From: Carcharhinus amblyrhynchos
Taxonomy: Eukaryota
Assembly: GCA_965287045.1 (NCBI GenBank)
Contig: OZ336876.1
Coordinates: forward strand, 49,352,001 to 49,416,000
Direction: 5' to 3'
DNA length: 64,000 bases
A program made the translations under genes and the position numbers. Shown in pieces: positions 1 through 13,622 of this stretch. Positions within the stretch are counted from its first letter, which is position 1. Each line of letters begins with the position of its first letter. The notes under the pieces were generated by a model, which did not search any database, was not told the origin of the DNA, and saw only the letters and a program-made list of their open reading frames with translations.

Positions 1-2914
1 TAAACCCTACATAGGAGATGGTTTTCCCCACATTGGGCTGACTGCAACAAAAGCCCATGGTATCCAGCCCACTGCTGTTCAACGTATTCAGAACTACAGT
101 GTTTCCCTACCTTTTCTGTCTTCTCAACTCCCAGCTCACCCTTATCCTGCTATCTGGCATGGCAAACATCACTATGGCTCTTACTTTCCACCCTATCCCC
201 TTTCCTTCAACTCAATCTTCTCCTTTCTGATTTTCAGCTTTTTCTCACCCAAAAATAACCTGCCACCTCTCCTGGTGGGCTGGAGAGAAGCCCACCAGGA
301 AGACAGAGAGCAACATCAGACATTCACAGTCACTAATTCAGATACTGACACTGTGCATACTTTAAAGGATAGTAAGAATTTGGTTCAGAATGTAGTAAAT
401 CACCTGACACAGGTAAGGTGCAGCAATACTAGGGATAAAGAATGGTTCTCGTGCCAGTTTATAGCGGGAAAGGTGGCAGATAAGTTCTGCAGCAGGACAC
501 TTAGGTAAAGACCCTGATGGGAATGCACTCAGTTGCTCACAGAATCAGCTGACCTGCCAGACAGAGGTCCACTGTCATGGAATGTGGAAGAATGCAACTC
601 TGACTTGACACAGAGCACTGTGCACAGTTTGCTTTGTTTGGAGCCTCTGCTCCATCTTCTTGTTGCCCTGTGAGCCCAAAGGCACTGCAACTGTAGCTCC
701 CATACCTGTTGATGCCTTTGTGTGGAAGACACTTGCTTCTCTGCTCTCACTGAGCAGATGCAGAAAATCTTCCTTTTCTAAATGCAAAAATTGACCATAA
801 CACCTTCAAAAACACACCAGACATGTCACAGTAGTAGAAGTTATTCAACATTATCTCACCTACAATTTAGGTATCTGGCTCTTTAAGTAGCGATCTTTGG
901 TAAGTAACAAAGCAAATTCATCCAATGGCCTGCATGGGCTCTGAATTTGGCATTTGGGCATCATAGCAACCGGTAAGGCTGTGTAATACCATCATAGGAA
1001 TTGTTCAGAAACATCCGATACACACAGAGGACAACTGCACAAGTGCCATCCTCAAGATGGTGCATCAGAAATGGCTAACAGTTAGCATGTACTTTTAAGA
1101 AGGTAATCTGCTTCCACAGCACTGTCATCAGTAGCATTATAAAACCAAATTTTATGCCATGAATCTTATATTAACACCTTTTCAATGCTGAAAATATGGA
1201 TACTCTGTCAACAGAGGGAGCCTTAAGTAAATTCTCTCATAGCCTCAAGAAACAGTTCTGTCTCAATAAGTAGCTCAAACAGGAACAAATTTTCAACCCA
1301 GACTGGTACAACTCCCAGCAAAGGCTTTAGAAAGAAACGAAGAAAAGATTTTCACTTACATTGTGATACCTGAGGTCATGGATGAACCAAGTGCTTTGCA
1401 GCTAATTCAGCTCATTATTAATGTAGAAAAAAAACTCGCACCTTTCACAACTTTACAACTAATGAAGTGCTTTTGAAATGTAGTAAACACTGAAGCATAG
1501 GAAAAACAGCAGCTAATTTGGGCAGATCAAGAGGCAACATATGGCACCCACCAGTTAAATTATCCAGATGGATTTACTGCTACCCTCCCACACAATCCCA
1601 ATCTATCCTCCATTTTATACAAAGCAGCAAGGCCAAGAGCAGCCTGCCTGCCATCATCCAAATTAATGGTTCCTTAAAAGGTCAACTTTCTGCCTAGCAT
1701 TATTGTTTAGGCTGAAGAGAGATTACAGGCAAGGAGAGGAAGCCCAGTAGGTCACTCTGCTCAAGCTTTGGGTGGCTAGAGTGAGAGGCACTTCCCTTAA
1801 GAGCCCCATTTCCACATCAGTCTTCCCCTGCAAGGTCTGCCCCCATCCCGCTACCCCCGCCCCCGTCAACTGCTCTTTCCGTCCAATACTTCATCAAGAG
1901 CTCCATTGCTCCCTACCCATTCTGAGCCTCACCTCCCATCTCAGCCATGAGACCATTAACTCATCCTGGACTCAATGTAGAATCTGAGGTTTGCTGGTAG
2001 ACCCAACCATGGTGGTCTGACTTGGCCTAAATGAGAGGCAGTGTCTTGCATCAAGTCAATTAATACTCTACTGAGCATTATTTGACAGAAGGGGCAGCCA
2101 GTATCATCTTGCATGCATTCCCCATAACCCTACAGTGGTGGGTTGGGGAGATGCTACCACGTGTTAAATTCTGTCCAAGGTCTTATAAACAACAATGATG
2201 TGAAAATTAGGTTATCTGTTGACGGATAAATATTAGCCAGGCCAGAACATTGAGAGAACTCCTCCACTCTTTGAATTTTAACCAAGATCTCAGATCCCTC
2301 AGAGAGCAGATATCTTGGTTTAACATCTTATTCTGGAGATGATACTTCTATCAGTATAGCAATTTCTCAGGACTGCACAGCATACATAACAAACTCTCTG
2401 GAGTGGGGTGCAAATTCAAGACTTTCTGATTCAGAGGCAAGAGTGTTACCACTGACCCAAGGATACCTGCCCCACATTTTTAAATAATCCCAGAGTGTGA
2501 AATATAGGCAGAGACAGGGAGCTCTCTGCCCCACTGGTGCTGGGCAGGGCAGAAAGACTTGAGCAATATTCACCCATATTCAAGTGGACGACTGCCAATT
2601 TTACAATTTTAATAGTAATGTTAATCTAAGTTAAACCTATGTATATAGTATACTGGTTGTCAACAAATCTGCAGGAGATCACACCATCCATCTGATCAAT
2701 CAAAATATTTATGCTTTTCCACATGAATTTTAATTTTCCATAAAAGTACACCCCACACATTAACGTAAAACCTGAATTAAAAAGAATTGTTTATTCAAAA
2801 TATTATTTTTTAAAATCCTCAACAATGGAATCCCATGCATTTCTTTCAGAAAACAATTACAACCATAAATCGAATGTGCACTTAAATTTGATTCCGAAGT
2901 TGCTGATATCTTAC

Positions 2915-3004
2915 CTTATCTACTTCAACTTTAGACATTTTACAATGCTTTATGAAGAACTCTGTCAATTTGATGATATCATCTTCATTTTCTAATCCCA
3001 AAGC
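2915..3004 (-). CDS. DRC1: DRC1 exon 13 (the gene continues beyond the left edge)
   Basis: 90 nt. ALGLENEDDIIKLTEFFIKHCKMSKVEVDK; tgtag/gtaaga boundaries. Confidence 0.9.
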
Positions 3005-3344
3005 CTACATAAAGTGAGAAATTAATCAGAATTTCCTTTACAAACTTTCAGTTAGATATGTCAGTTAACTTTTAGTTAGATATGCACCGAATTTCATTCT
3101 CTCAGGTTTAGTGCACCTTCAATTAGAATATTTGATAGCCTTAAGAAAGTATTATTTAAATTTAGTAACAGTGGAGTCTGTCAGGCTTCCACTTCCTCCA
3201 AATCACTTTATTTACATGCGATGATACCTTTGAAAACCAAAACCATAACATTCCATGAACTGATTCATCCTCTCTTCCTTTATATGGGCTAGCTGGAAAT
3301 TGTGTCAGTTTTCAATTAGACAATTTGATGAGATATCGAAAGAA

Positions 3345-3662
3345 AAGTGGGCATTGCCAGCATTTATTACCCACCCCTAGTTGCTGTTCAGGTGGTGGTG
3401 GCAGTGAGATGCCTTCTTGAACTGCTGCAGTCTCTGAAATGCAAGTACACACACAGTGTCGTTAGGGGGGGAATTTCATGATTTGACCCAACGACAGTGA
3501 AAGAATGGTGATATATTTCCAAGTCAGGATAGTAAGTGACTTGGAGAGGAACCCCCAGGTGGTGGTGTTCCCAGGTATCTGCTGCTCTTGTCCTTCTAGA
3601 TGGCAATAGTCTTGAGTTGGAAATTACTGCCTAAGGAAACTTGGTGAATTCCTGTAGTGTAT
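3345..3662 (-). mobile_element. 3' end of an old LINE (CR1/L2 group)
   Basis: Reverse complement of the GGGC/TAATAAATGCTGGC-type tail also seen at about 13560, 32300 and 38220. Confidence 0.55.
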
Positions 3663-5005
3663 TGGAACTTATTTTTGTACTGCTCTTTGATCTAACAAAG
3701 TTTCAATATTTGAAAAACCTTTTTGGAACAGATAGAAAATGACAAAATAGTGTAGTTCCATATTTTCAAACATGATTTAAAATCTGTCATAGGATTTCAT
3801 CAGGGCTTGAAGAAATCGAGGGTCGTTTTTAGATCAAAATTAAGACCTCATTACTTGGCTAAATATTTCCAGGATGCTAAAATGATTTGTAATATTCACG
3901 GAATATTCAAGTGTTGTAAATCACATCACAGGTGTAACCAAATGATATTTAAAAGCACAGAAAATGTACTATGAAAACCATGTTTATAAATTTGGAATTT
4001 CTTTTTGTTTTTGGCCCATGGTCATCGTATATGCTTTTCACTGTTTACACACTATTTCTCATGATAATGTACTTGCTCATTTTTGCTTTTTATATCAGAT
4101 TTAATTGATTCTTTGCAGCACTCACAATAAATATAATTTAATAACTCCAAAGTACATATGCTTGGGAATCTCTTACTGAGTAAATCATAGACTTATGATC
4201 AAACATTTGCCATCAGACATCTGTCAGGCAGTATACCTGAGAATGGAAAAGAAATTTTTTGACTTGGCAATTCTCAAAATTACCAATAATAAATTAAATT
4301 TGCTTGACCTTCCCCCTTTGACCAAACATCATAACCTTACACAACATATATTATTAACCATTATTAATCTTTTCCAAAGGAAGGTGGCAAACATTCAATC
4401 ATATAAATAAGTGATATTCTTCTACCTAAATGGAACTTACTGATTTTCTCTTTCTTTTGGAATTTTATTCAATGTACTGCACTGTAAAAGAATGCCGTTT
4501 CTAATTAAATGTGTTTGCAATCTACCCCAGTGTTATTATCTTCCTACAAGTCTAGTCTTTCCTGTCTGCATTAGGATATAATAATACATGCCCTATCCAT
4601 TTCCAAATCTTAATGTCTACATTGGTCTGACCAACTGTATTCTAGAAATCTTCCATCAATATTTGTTGAATTTGAGATTATGCCCTTACCAAGGCTGCTT
4701 GAGAATTGATACACATCACAGAGCTTTAGCAGTCTAGGAATTAAACAATTAAATTGCTCAACATTGCTCAAATTGCACTAATCAGTAATCTCACAACAAA
4801 TACTGCAAGCTGCCCCAGTTTTGGTTAATTGATGAGGCATGAGAAGGAAAATTGAATTTGTCTATTTTGGTATTCAAGAAAATCACAGAGCACAGATGGT
4901 AGTGATTTGGCCCATCAGGCCTTTCTGGATTATTTGAAAGGCTATACAGCTAGCCCAATTCCCCTGTTCCTTCTTCATTGCTTTACAAAATATTTGGTTT
5001 TTTTT

Positions 5006-5140
5006 AGAACATAACAGCACAGTACAGGCCCTTCGGCCTTCGATGTTGCACCGACCTGTGAAACCAATGTAAAGCCCATCTAACCTACATTTTTACAATA
5101 TCATCCATATGTTTATCCAATGGCCATTTAAATGCCCTTA
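5006..5140 (-). mobile_element. CR1 LINE 3' tail fragment
   Basis: tagaacata...cagcacagtacaggcccttcggcc tail, nearly identical to the tail that starts at 5141. Confidence 0.75.
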
Positions 5141-5862
5141 ATAGAACACAGAACAGTACAGCACAGTACAGGCCCTTCAGCCCTCGATGTTGCGCCAAGC
5201 TATGTCCAAACCCAAGATCAAGCTATTCCTTTCCCCATCATTGTGGAATGTTCCATGTGCCTATCCAATAACTGCTTGAAAATTCCTGAAGTGTCTGACA
5301 CTGCTATCACAGCAGGCAGTGCATTCCAAACCCCAACCACTCTCTGAATAAAGAACCTACCTCGGACATCCCTCCTATATGTCCCACCATGAACATTACA
5401 GTTATGCCCCCCAGTAACAGCTACATCCACGAGGAAATAGTGTCTGCACATCCACTCCATCTCCCTCATCATCTTATAAACCTCTATTAAGTCGCCTCTC
5501 ATCCTCCCCCACTCTAAAGAGAAAAGCCCCAGCTCCCTCAACCTTTCCTCGTAAGACCTACTCTCCAAACCTGGCAGCATCCTGGTAAATCTCCTCTGCA
5601 CTCTCTGCAATGCTTCCACATCCTCCTTATAGTGAGGTGACCAAAACTGCACACAATATTCCAAATATGGTCTCACCAAGGTCCAGTATAGTTGCAGCAT
5701 AACCCCACGACTCTTAAACTCACACTCCCTGTTAATAAACGCTAACACGCTATAAGCCTTCTTCATGGCTCTATCCACTTGAGTGGCAACCTTCAGAGAT
5801 CTGTGGATATGAACCCCAAGATCTCTCAGCTCTTCCACATTCCTCAGAACCCTGCCGTTGAC
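5141..5862 (-). mobile_element. 5'-truncated CR1 (HER1-like) LINE, ORF2 C-terminus
   Basis: ORF 5218..5838: RDLGV...LYWTLVRPYLEYCVQFWSPHY...VQRRFTRMLPGL...RMRGDLIEVYK. Confidence 0.92.
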
Positions 5863-5869
5863 CCTATCC

Positions 5870-6470
5870 GATTATTTATCAAATTATTTTTGAAAGATAT
5901 TCATTAATCAGCCTTCTGTCAGGTAATACATTCCAGATCATGGCAACTTGCTGAATTTTAAAAGAAGTGTTTTCTTTTGTTACCTCTGCTTCTTTTGCCA
6001 ATTACCTTAAATATGTGTCCTTTGTAACTGGAAATGTTTTCTCCTTATTTGCTCTATTAAAACCCTTTGTGGTTTTGTACATATTTCCCTTCAGCCTTTC
6101 TGCTCTAAGAAGAATGACCCCAGTTTCTTCAGTCTCACAAAGTAATTGGTCATTCATTCTCGTGTCATTCTAATAAATATCCTCTATAACCTTTCTAAGG
6201 CCTTGACATGTTTTCTAAAGTATGATGCCCAGAATTGGCCACAATACTCCACTGGAACCAAACCAGGGTCAGTACAATTTCCTTTTTTACTTTATACTTC
6301 TATTTATAAAGGAAAGGATCCCCACATGTTTTTTGTAACAGCTTTTTCACCCAGTCCTATTGCCTTCAAAGATTTGTATAAATACACCCCAGGTCCCTCT
6401 GTCTCTGCAACCCTTTTAAAATTATACAATTTCATTAATTTTGCCTCTCCTCACTTTTTCTACCAAAATA
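5870..6470 (-). mobile_element. Old, decayed CR1 fragment (host of the insertions at 5006-5862; its tail is at about 4885-5005)
   Basis: Antisense ORF word YDAQNWPQYS corresponds to EYC(G)QFWASY on the minus strand. Confidence 0.6.
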
Positions 6471-6814
6471 AGTGACTGATGACAACAGTCAAACATGGGC
6501 AGCAGATGGTTAGGTGGTCACAAATGGACTTTATTGAAGTATAAAAGGAAAAATATTAACAGCTTTAAAGAACTGTATGAATATTGAACCTGTCAGCAAT
6601 GGTATCTAGCCATGCAATTATCTTCCTTTAAGTACATATTTTGCAGAGTAACAACTCAGTAATTAGATAAACTAGGAGGGTTAAGGTACCCATTGTATTT
6701 CCACTATCAGTTTCATGATGCACTAGCCAATCTTAGCAATGTGAAAGAATCAAAATCAGACAGAACATCTAAAGGCTGCATGGAAATGTCCCCATGAAGA
6801 TCTGTAACTCTTAC

Positions 6815-6904
6815 TGCAAATATGGCATCCAGTTTTATTAGATATCGTTCATCTTTCTTGAGGGGAGCAATAATTTTAAGCAGCTTGCTTTCAATCAGGA
6901 AACC
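6815..6904 (-). CDS. DRC1: DRC1 exon 12
   Basis: 90 nt. GFLIESKLLKIIAPLKKDERYLIKLDAIFA; tgacag/gtaaga boundaries. Confidence 0.94.
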
Positions 6905-8519
6905 CTGTCAAAATAAGAAAATGTTGTTTTATGTTCTAACTGTAGCAGTGCAGAAGGGAATTCAATGCAAATTAATATATTACACATGGAATTAACACAA
7001 CTGTCTTGTAACTGGTATAAATCTGCATTTCATTTCCTTATTTTCTTGCTGAAATATTGTACCAACAGAATGGTGCTTATAATTCAAAAATCCAAACTTC
7101 ATCCGACCCTTGATCAAAGTTCTTCATAACCTGGCATTGACTTGTCACATGCATTTCATATTCAACTTAGAATATTTGGGATAGTTTCCACTTTGGGGGC
7201 AAATAACACTCCAAATTGCACCATTTTCCAAATTTGTTTGCTGGTTCAAATTTCTGTTCAAAATCATTAGTATAGTAACGAACATAAAATCGTTTGAGAA
7301 ACAGCAAAATTAGGCAGCGTTATAGAATTTAATTTTTTTCATTGAAAAATATTCTTTGATAAATGTAAGAGCGGTAGTCTGATCCAATTTTATTAATATG
7401 GTAGAAAATCAGCATTTTTAATTTTAGTTCATCATCTGAGAAACTGAATTTTAAATAATTGCAACTGCCTTTTAAAAAAACCACACAAAATAATTTACTA
7501 ATTTCTTGATATACAGTAGTCAATTAATTTTTCTTAATCATAAATCCAATTTTTTTTTAAATAAGTGTCTGTCTGTGCTCTTGTACCTAAAGGCACAATT
7601 TTATCAAATTCCTGAAAGATCCACAATCGAAACAAGGCATGATAATTAATTTAACTTGGGGTTTGGAAGTTTTGTGGACAGGTATATGATATCTTTTATG
7701 ATATCAAAGGTATATGATATCTTTTAACCTAGTGTCAACTATAGCAGGAATATAATGAGTTCAACGTCACTTGCACTTAAAATTCCTCAATTGATTTTTG
7801 GTGAATTGCACTGGAAATATCAACACACCCTTGCTGGAACTCTACCTTATTATGTTGTATACATAACACTTGTATGAATTATCTGGTGGAAACAGTTCAA
7901 TGCATATAAGAGCTTTATTAATTACCCAGTACAGGACACTGGGAGCACACTGCACTGAGAAGTGAGATTCTATAGCACAATTATTATTTGAAGAAATGGC
8001 TTTGTTCATGGTTGGTTGTTCTGCACTATGGCTTGTCATAGTTGTGTGATCTGAATCATGTGTGCCAGAACTTTATAGCATGCCCTGGAATCAGGGTGGG
8101 CAATGCTCGCAGAACAGCATTCTCCGTTGGCCTTGGGTGGGATCTTACGTGCCTCTGACAGGCGAGGCAGTAAAATTCTTGCAGTGAGCCCTGATGTCAT
8201 TCCTTTATGAGTAAAGGATTAAAGCAAAAACCATTTTTAATCAACATGTGAAACATGGTGTCAGCAATGTACAGCTGAATTTGAGTGGATTTTGATAGCA
8301 GCAAGAACCAGCTGCAGTAAGAATGAGCAGAGAATAATTAAAACGTCAGTTTTCAACTTTGACTGCCGGGTGAGTCAGTATGGCATCAATACCAGCTTCG
8401 GTGGAGATGAAAGGAGATTTCAAACTAAACTGGAAATGCTTCCAGTCTGAATGGCAGAACTGTGAAATTGCCATAGAGTTAAACAAGAAAACTGAACAAA
8501 TAAGAATAAAAATCATGTT

Positions 8520-10890
8520 ATTAGTGCTGGGCAAAGGGTGCAAATCTCACTGAGGAGCAGAAAAAAAAAATCTGGTGAAATTTTGGAGGCCTTAAAGACC
8601 CAGTTTGATCACTCTATTAATGCTATTCATGAAGGCTATGTACTCAACATCAGAGCTCAGAAAGATAGGGATATTATTGATCAGTGTGTGACTGTATTGA
8701 GACATCTAACTTAATCTTGTGAGTTTGAGCAACTGAAGGCTAATCTGATCAGATTACAATCAAAATATCCTGCTGCAAGAACAAATAAACTTGAGAGAAC
8801 AGAAACAAGAAAGCTACTGACACATGCAGAAGCTCTGAAGTGGTCAATCATCAGCTGGAAAGTATTGATGGGAGACCTGACTAGGCTTTGCAGTATGCTG
8901 AAAGACAGTTCAGGACTTCCAAGGACAAGAAATGGAAAAAAGGAAAAACTTTTACAGAAAGGCCAGCAGAAAAATCATAACTGGATAGTGGACGTAAATA
9001 TCATGGAGGACACCACAAAAAAGAAAAGGAAGCACACCTAGCATGGGGAGAACAATGCTGAATCACTTTGCACACAAGTATTTTACTGGAAAGAAGAAAA
9101 GCACGCCAATAAAGATAGTTGCTGGAGAGATATCAGACAATGATTCTGACTGATTACTCTACACCCTAGAACAGGTTGGCACTACCAAGTTTCAAGGTAA
9201 AAATGATTTGATAAATGGAATGGTGGCTGCAGAAAAAGCGTATTGATTAATGTGAAGTTTAAGGTGACACTGGTGTAACATACACCATGAGCTTCACAGA
9301 TGTTTGTGAAGTTACTCTAGCTGAAGATCTGAAAATGAAGCAGTTAAAGATAAAGTCGAGGTTATATGATGAACCGATTCTCAATCCAAGAGGAAAAACT
9401 AGGTTGAGGGCTCAATGCAATGAAGAAGAAAAAGGTCTGCAGTTTCAAAGAGTGGACTCTGAGCAATGTCCCCTCATCTCAGCTGAAGTAAGTCACAAGC
9501 TTGGACTGATGACTCTCCATGTACCAGAAAAGATTTACAGTGTTTTGCATGGCATCAAGACATTGACTGCTAAACAGATCCTGACAAATTACAAATATGT
9601 TTTCTTGAGCTTTAATGTCTTCCTGTTGAATATTATTTTGAAGGAATCGAGATGCGAGACCAAGGAGAGTTAAAACTGCCCTCAAGTCCAGCCTGAAAGG
9701 CAAAATAGAAAGTTTAAAAAGGTGGGAGTATTCAAAACCCGATTCAATAAGCAGCATGGCAGCAGTGAAAAAACCTGGGCTGCAGAGAGTGTGTACTGAT
9801 CCATAGGAATTCAATAAAGCTTTGGCGAGATCTCAGTACCTCATGCCAACCATTGGAAGAAAATTCCAAGGCAAAGATGCAAAGGGTAGATACTGGTTAA
9901 GTGAAGATGGATGAAAGCAGCAGTTTTAAGACTATATTCTGGATGGGCAGATGGTCGCATATGTTGTTTGGCATTTCTAGTGCTCCAGTAGAATATCAAT
10001 GTCAACAGCAAAACATAGGTAATAATCTAAGAGTGGAAGTAGTCGTGGATGATTTGCTATTCAAAAGATGTGAAGATATGATGGAAGAAGCCATTGCAGA
10101 CCATGGTTAGAATTTTGTGAGACAGAGAGAGTTCACCAGATGAACCTGAAACTGAATGAGAAAAATCAGCAAATGACAATGACTGAAGTAAAGCACATAG
10201 GTTATGTACTAGCAAAAGGAGTTTTTCAAGATCCTGGTAAGGGTGTGAGCTGTAGCAGAGATGCAGCAACCAACAGATGTGAAGGTGGTGCAATGATTTG
10301 TAGGATTTGAGAACTACCTAGCAAAGTTGTTGCCTAGTTTGTCATCAGAATGGGAACCCACATGCAAGATGGCATTGGGTTACAGAATAAGCAGCAGCTT
10401 TCATTCACATCTAACAAGTAGTGACGACAACACCAATCTGAGCTATGACAATGTCAAAGATAAAGTCACTCTGCAGTCATTTGCCAGTGAAACTGGACTT
10501 GGAGCAAGCCTTGTGCAGCAAGGACAACCAGTCATATTTATATCCAGAGTGCTAGAGCAAATTGAACAATGCTACACACAGATTGAGAAAGAATGCTAGG
10601 CTATTCTCTTTGCTGTGAGTATTTTAATCAGTACCGATTTGAGACAAAGTGACAGTAGAGACTGACCACAAGCCACTTCAAAGCTTCTCTGTTCCAAGGT
10701 GTCTGCGAAAAATGTTACTTTGTTTGCAGAGATATCATTTTGAAGTGAAGTACAAGCAAGGAAAGCAGATGTTTAGCACCAATATACTGCCAAGAGGAAA
10801 ATGATGACATGAGTGTAGCGTGTGAAATTTTCCAAATTCAATGAAAAGCAACAGCACATCAAGCTTTGGCAGTTATCAACCCGGCAGACA
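8520..10890 (+). mobile_element. Decayed Ty3/Gypsy LTR retrotransposon internal region (gag, protease, RT, RNase H)
   Basis: Protease DTG at about 9267, RT VVVDDLL (~10040), RNase H VTLQSFASETGLGASLVQQGQPVIFISRVL...YTQIEKEC and VETDHKPL. Many stops and frameshifts; LTRs not identified. Confidence 0.85.
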
Positions 10891-10892
10891 CC

Positions 10893-12045
10893 GTGGACAG
10901 AATTCTCCATTTTTTTCTTAAGTATGGTGATGGGCGGTTCCAGCAGCCACTTCCACTGCCTGGAATGACATGAGCTTGGGGCCTCACTATTTATGCATGA
11001 GCAAGCATTTCCAAATCACTTCGTGGGTCAGGAGCTGATCTGTTTGTCCATTGTCAACTGGCAGGTTTGAAGGTCTCGCCACCACTCTTTCCACCTCATT
11101 TGTCTTCACAAGACCATGCAGGATGTCAGCAACCCAGAGGCAAAAGGCTGGAGGCCCAAGAAGAAGTTTGCACGCTGTTTAAACCACCATATCCTTGAGG
11201 CCTTAACTTGAGGAATGGGAGTGCAAAGGCTTGTCCAAAGATGGCTCAAGGAAGCACAACAATCTCATCTTCCCAGCCTGGGAGGTCATTGCCCAGAAGC
11301 TGAGCACATCTGGCAGAAGCATTACACAATGCAGGAAGCATACTGATGGTCTCAACTGCTGTGCCAGAGTATGCCCCATCCCTACTCCCTGCAGTTTCAA
11401 ACTCTCAATACAGAATCATGTACTCAGGCATTTACTTTCTTCACGAATCTCACACATCCATTAGCAGGGTCACATGTCAATACTCATTCTCTGACAGCCA
11501 CTTTCATGTCACCACCATCCCATCTGTTGTGTTGCTCCACTCTATTCTCTGGCCTTTCTGAGGAGGGCTCATCACACACAGGGGACATGCATTTCATGCA
11601 AACTCTGCTCCATCTTCTCTGATCACAGGTCTTTCTTTTGTTTTAATACAGGCCAAGCTGGCACACAACAAACGTGAGCAAGCCAAGACAAGGTGGAGGA
11701 CAAGCAGAGACTTTGCCCTCAAGTAAGTATAGGGTAGGAACATGCCCAGGCAAGACTCTGGAAACACCAATCTGGTGGGGGTGGGGGAGGCGGTGGCGGT
11801 GTGTGCAGCAATCCCACGTCCGTAGGAGTGCAGAGGGAGTTTTGTTTTAACGCAGATCAGGGCACCCTTTCAGAAGGTTGGCCCAATTTCTGTAGAGCTG
11901 GCATCACCAGCTCTATCAGGCCCCACCCAAAAACCATGCACTCAGGTTTTCTGTGCACAAACTGTCAGAGAAACTGGACAGCTGTAGACCAGTTTTCTCA
12001 TCCCAGCCAGCACGCTGTGTACAGAATGTAAAATTCCATCCCATC
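10893..12045 (+). mobile_element. PIF/Harbinger-type DNA transposon remnant with a Myb/SANT-like gene fragment
   Basis: PAWEVIAQKLS...RSITQCRK (11231-11368), GT donor at 11369, AG acceptor at 11650-11651, then AKLAHNKREQAKT. Ends are TIR-like (ggacagaattctcc ... gtaaaattccatccc). Confidence 0.6.
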
Positions 12046-12292
12046 TATGTGGGTAACCAGCAAATGATAGTGCATGCAATTAGTTTTTTCCTTTTTGTGA
12101 AAAGGGGGATGTTTAGAGGAATTCCTTCATGCATGGTTGTCTGCTGTGTACTGTGGCTTGTAGTCATGCGACCGCTAACATCATTCCATTGTGAGTAAAG
12201 AATTGAGGCAGAAGCCATTCTTATTCAACAGATGAAACAATTATGTCTTATTAAATGAAATTCTGCATTCACGGAACAACGAAAAGACTCAC

Positions 12293-12480
12293 AGATTCAT
12301 CGCACAAGACTTCTAACAATGTTTTGACTGTTGACAATGAGATATTTCCAGGTTCTCCACCACATAATTCCAATGCCTTCTCCTCACTAGCTGAATAACA
12401 AACGTTTTGGAAAACAGCATTCCATAGGGATGGATCCTGTCCTGTTTGTGATCCTTCCTCTGAATCCCTTTCCCTGCTTT
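12293..12480 (-). CDS. DRC1: DRC1 exon 11
   Basis: 188 nt, tttgacag|AA...TCT|gtgagt. Ends ISLSTVKTLLEVLCDES. The acceptor was chosen by phase (1 to 0); the 5' part is poorly conserved. Confidence 0.82.
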
Positions 12481-12927
12481 CTGTCAAAACAAGTTTGAAT
12501 TCTGTTAAAGTCCACATTTTACGAATTTCAAAATCTATTCATTTGGTGTAAAGTGCATTGGACAACCAAGGTAATAAAATATAACATGCAGGGTTGATAC
12601 TGCCCAGTATGTTGACTTCCTGATTACAGGAATGCTGGGATATCATCCCTAACCAGAAGCCACCAGGAAAGAAGAGGATAAACCAGACAGGGCAATAATG
12701 ATGCAAACATTTGAGAGCAGGCAGGCAACTTCACACTCTGATGTGAAAGAGGCACATGGGAAAGGACAGAAATGTCAGAACATAACATCTCAGTCATTGC
12801 TGACTAGGCACAATTACAATTCTTCACTGAGATGGGCTGAAAATGGGCTTGATTTCCTCACAGCATCCCAGACTTAAACACCTTAAGCCAGCTGCCAGTC
12901 TAGAGAATGTTCTTTTTCATTACTAAG

Positions 12928-13622
12928 GGAAACAATTGCATAGTGGCAATGTTACTGGATGAGCAATCCTGAGATTTGAACTTATTTTCTGGAGAAATTG
13001 GTTCAAATCCTAATTAATTGGGAACAAAAAAATTAGTCCATTAATAATGATCATAAAACCACCAGATTGTCATAAAAATATTAAGGCTCTTTTGGAGATG
13101 AAATATGTTGTCCTTACGAGGGACAGCACAGTGCCGCAGTGGTTAGCACTGCTGCCTCAGAGCTCCAGGGACCTGGATTCGATTCCTGGCTTGGTTACTG
13201 TCTGTGTGGAGTTTGGACATTCTCCCAGGGTCTGCATGAGTTTCCTCGAGGTGTTCCAGTTTCTTCTCACTGTCCAAAGATGTGTGGGTTCGGTGCACTG
13301 GCCATGCTAAATTGCCCTTTAGTGTCCCAGGATGCATTGGTTGGAGGGATTAGCACGGTAAATACGTGAGGTGACAGGGATAGGGCCTAGGTGGGATTGT
13401 TGTTGGTGCAGATTCGGTGGGAGGAATGGCCTCCTTCTGCACTATTGGGATTCTATTATTCTTACTCTGTCTGCCCTATACATAATTCCAGACACCCAGC
13501 AATATATATGCCCCTTAAATGCTTTCTTAAATAGCGCAGAAAGCCACTCAGAGGGCAATTAAAAATGGGCAATAAATGATGGCCTTACCAGCGATGGTTA
13601 CTTCCCAAGAATGAATAAAAAA
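12928..13622 (+). mobile_element. Old tRNA-derived SINE split by a younger SINE
   Basis: A box (tgcatagtgg) and B box (ggttcaaatcc) at 12937-13010. The tail gggcaataaatg...gaatgaataaaaa resumes after 13460. Confidence 0.6.
13120..13460 (+). mobile_element. HE1-like V-SINE
   Basis: tRNA head with A and B boxes, V-domain (TCTGTGTGGAGTTTG...GTTTCCTC...TCCAAAGATGTG), and a CR1-type tail AATGGCCTCCTTCTGCACT...GATTCTAT. Confidence 0.88.

Noticed and set aside
1-2900. Search for DRC1 exon 14 and later exons
   Set aside because: No open, spliceable segment with the expected IHPNDV-like motif was found. The region looks like old repeat debris, so the remaining exons are probably outside the window.
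7680-7727. Short duplication aggtatatgatatctttta x2 with gatatc palindromes
   Set aside because: Typical slippage or repair scar in an AT-rich intron, with nothing to suggest function.
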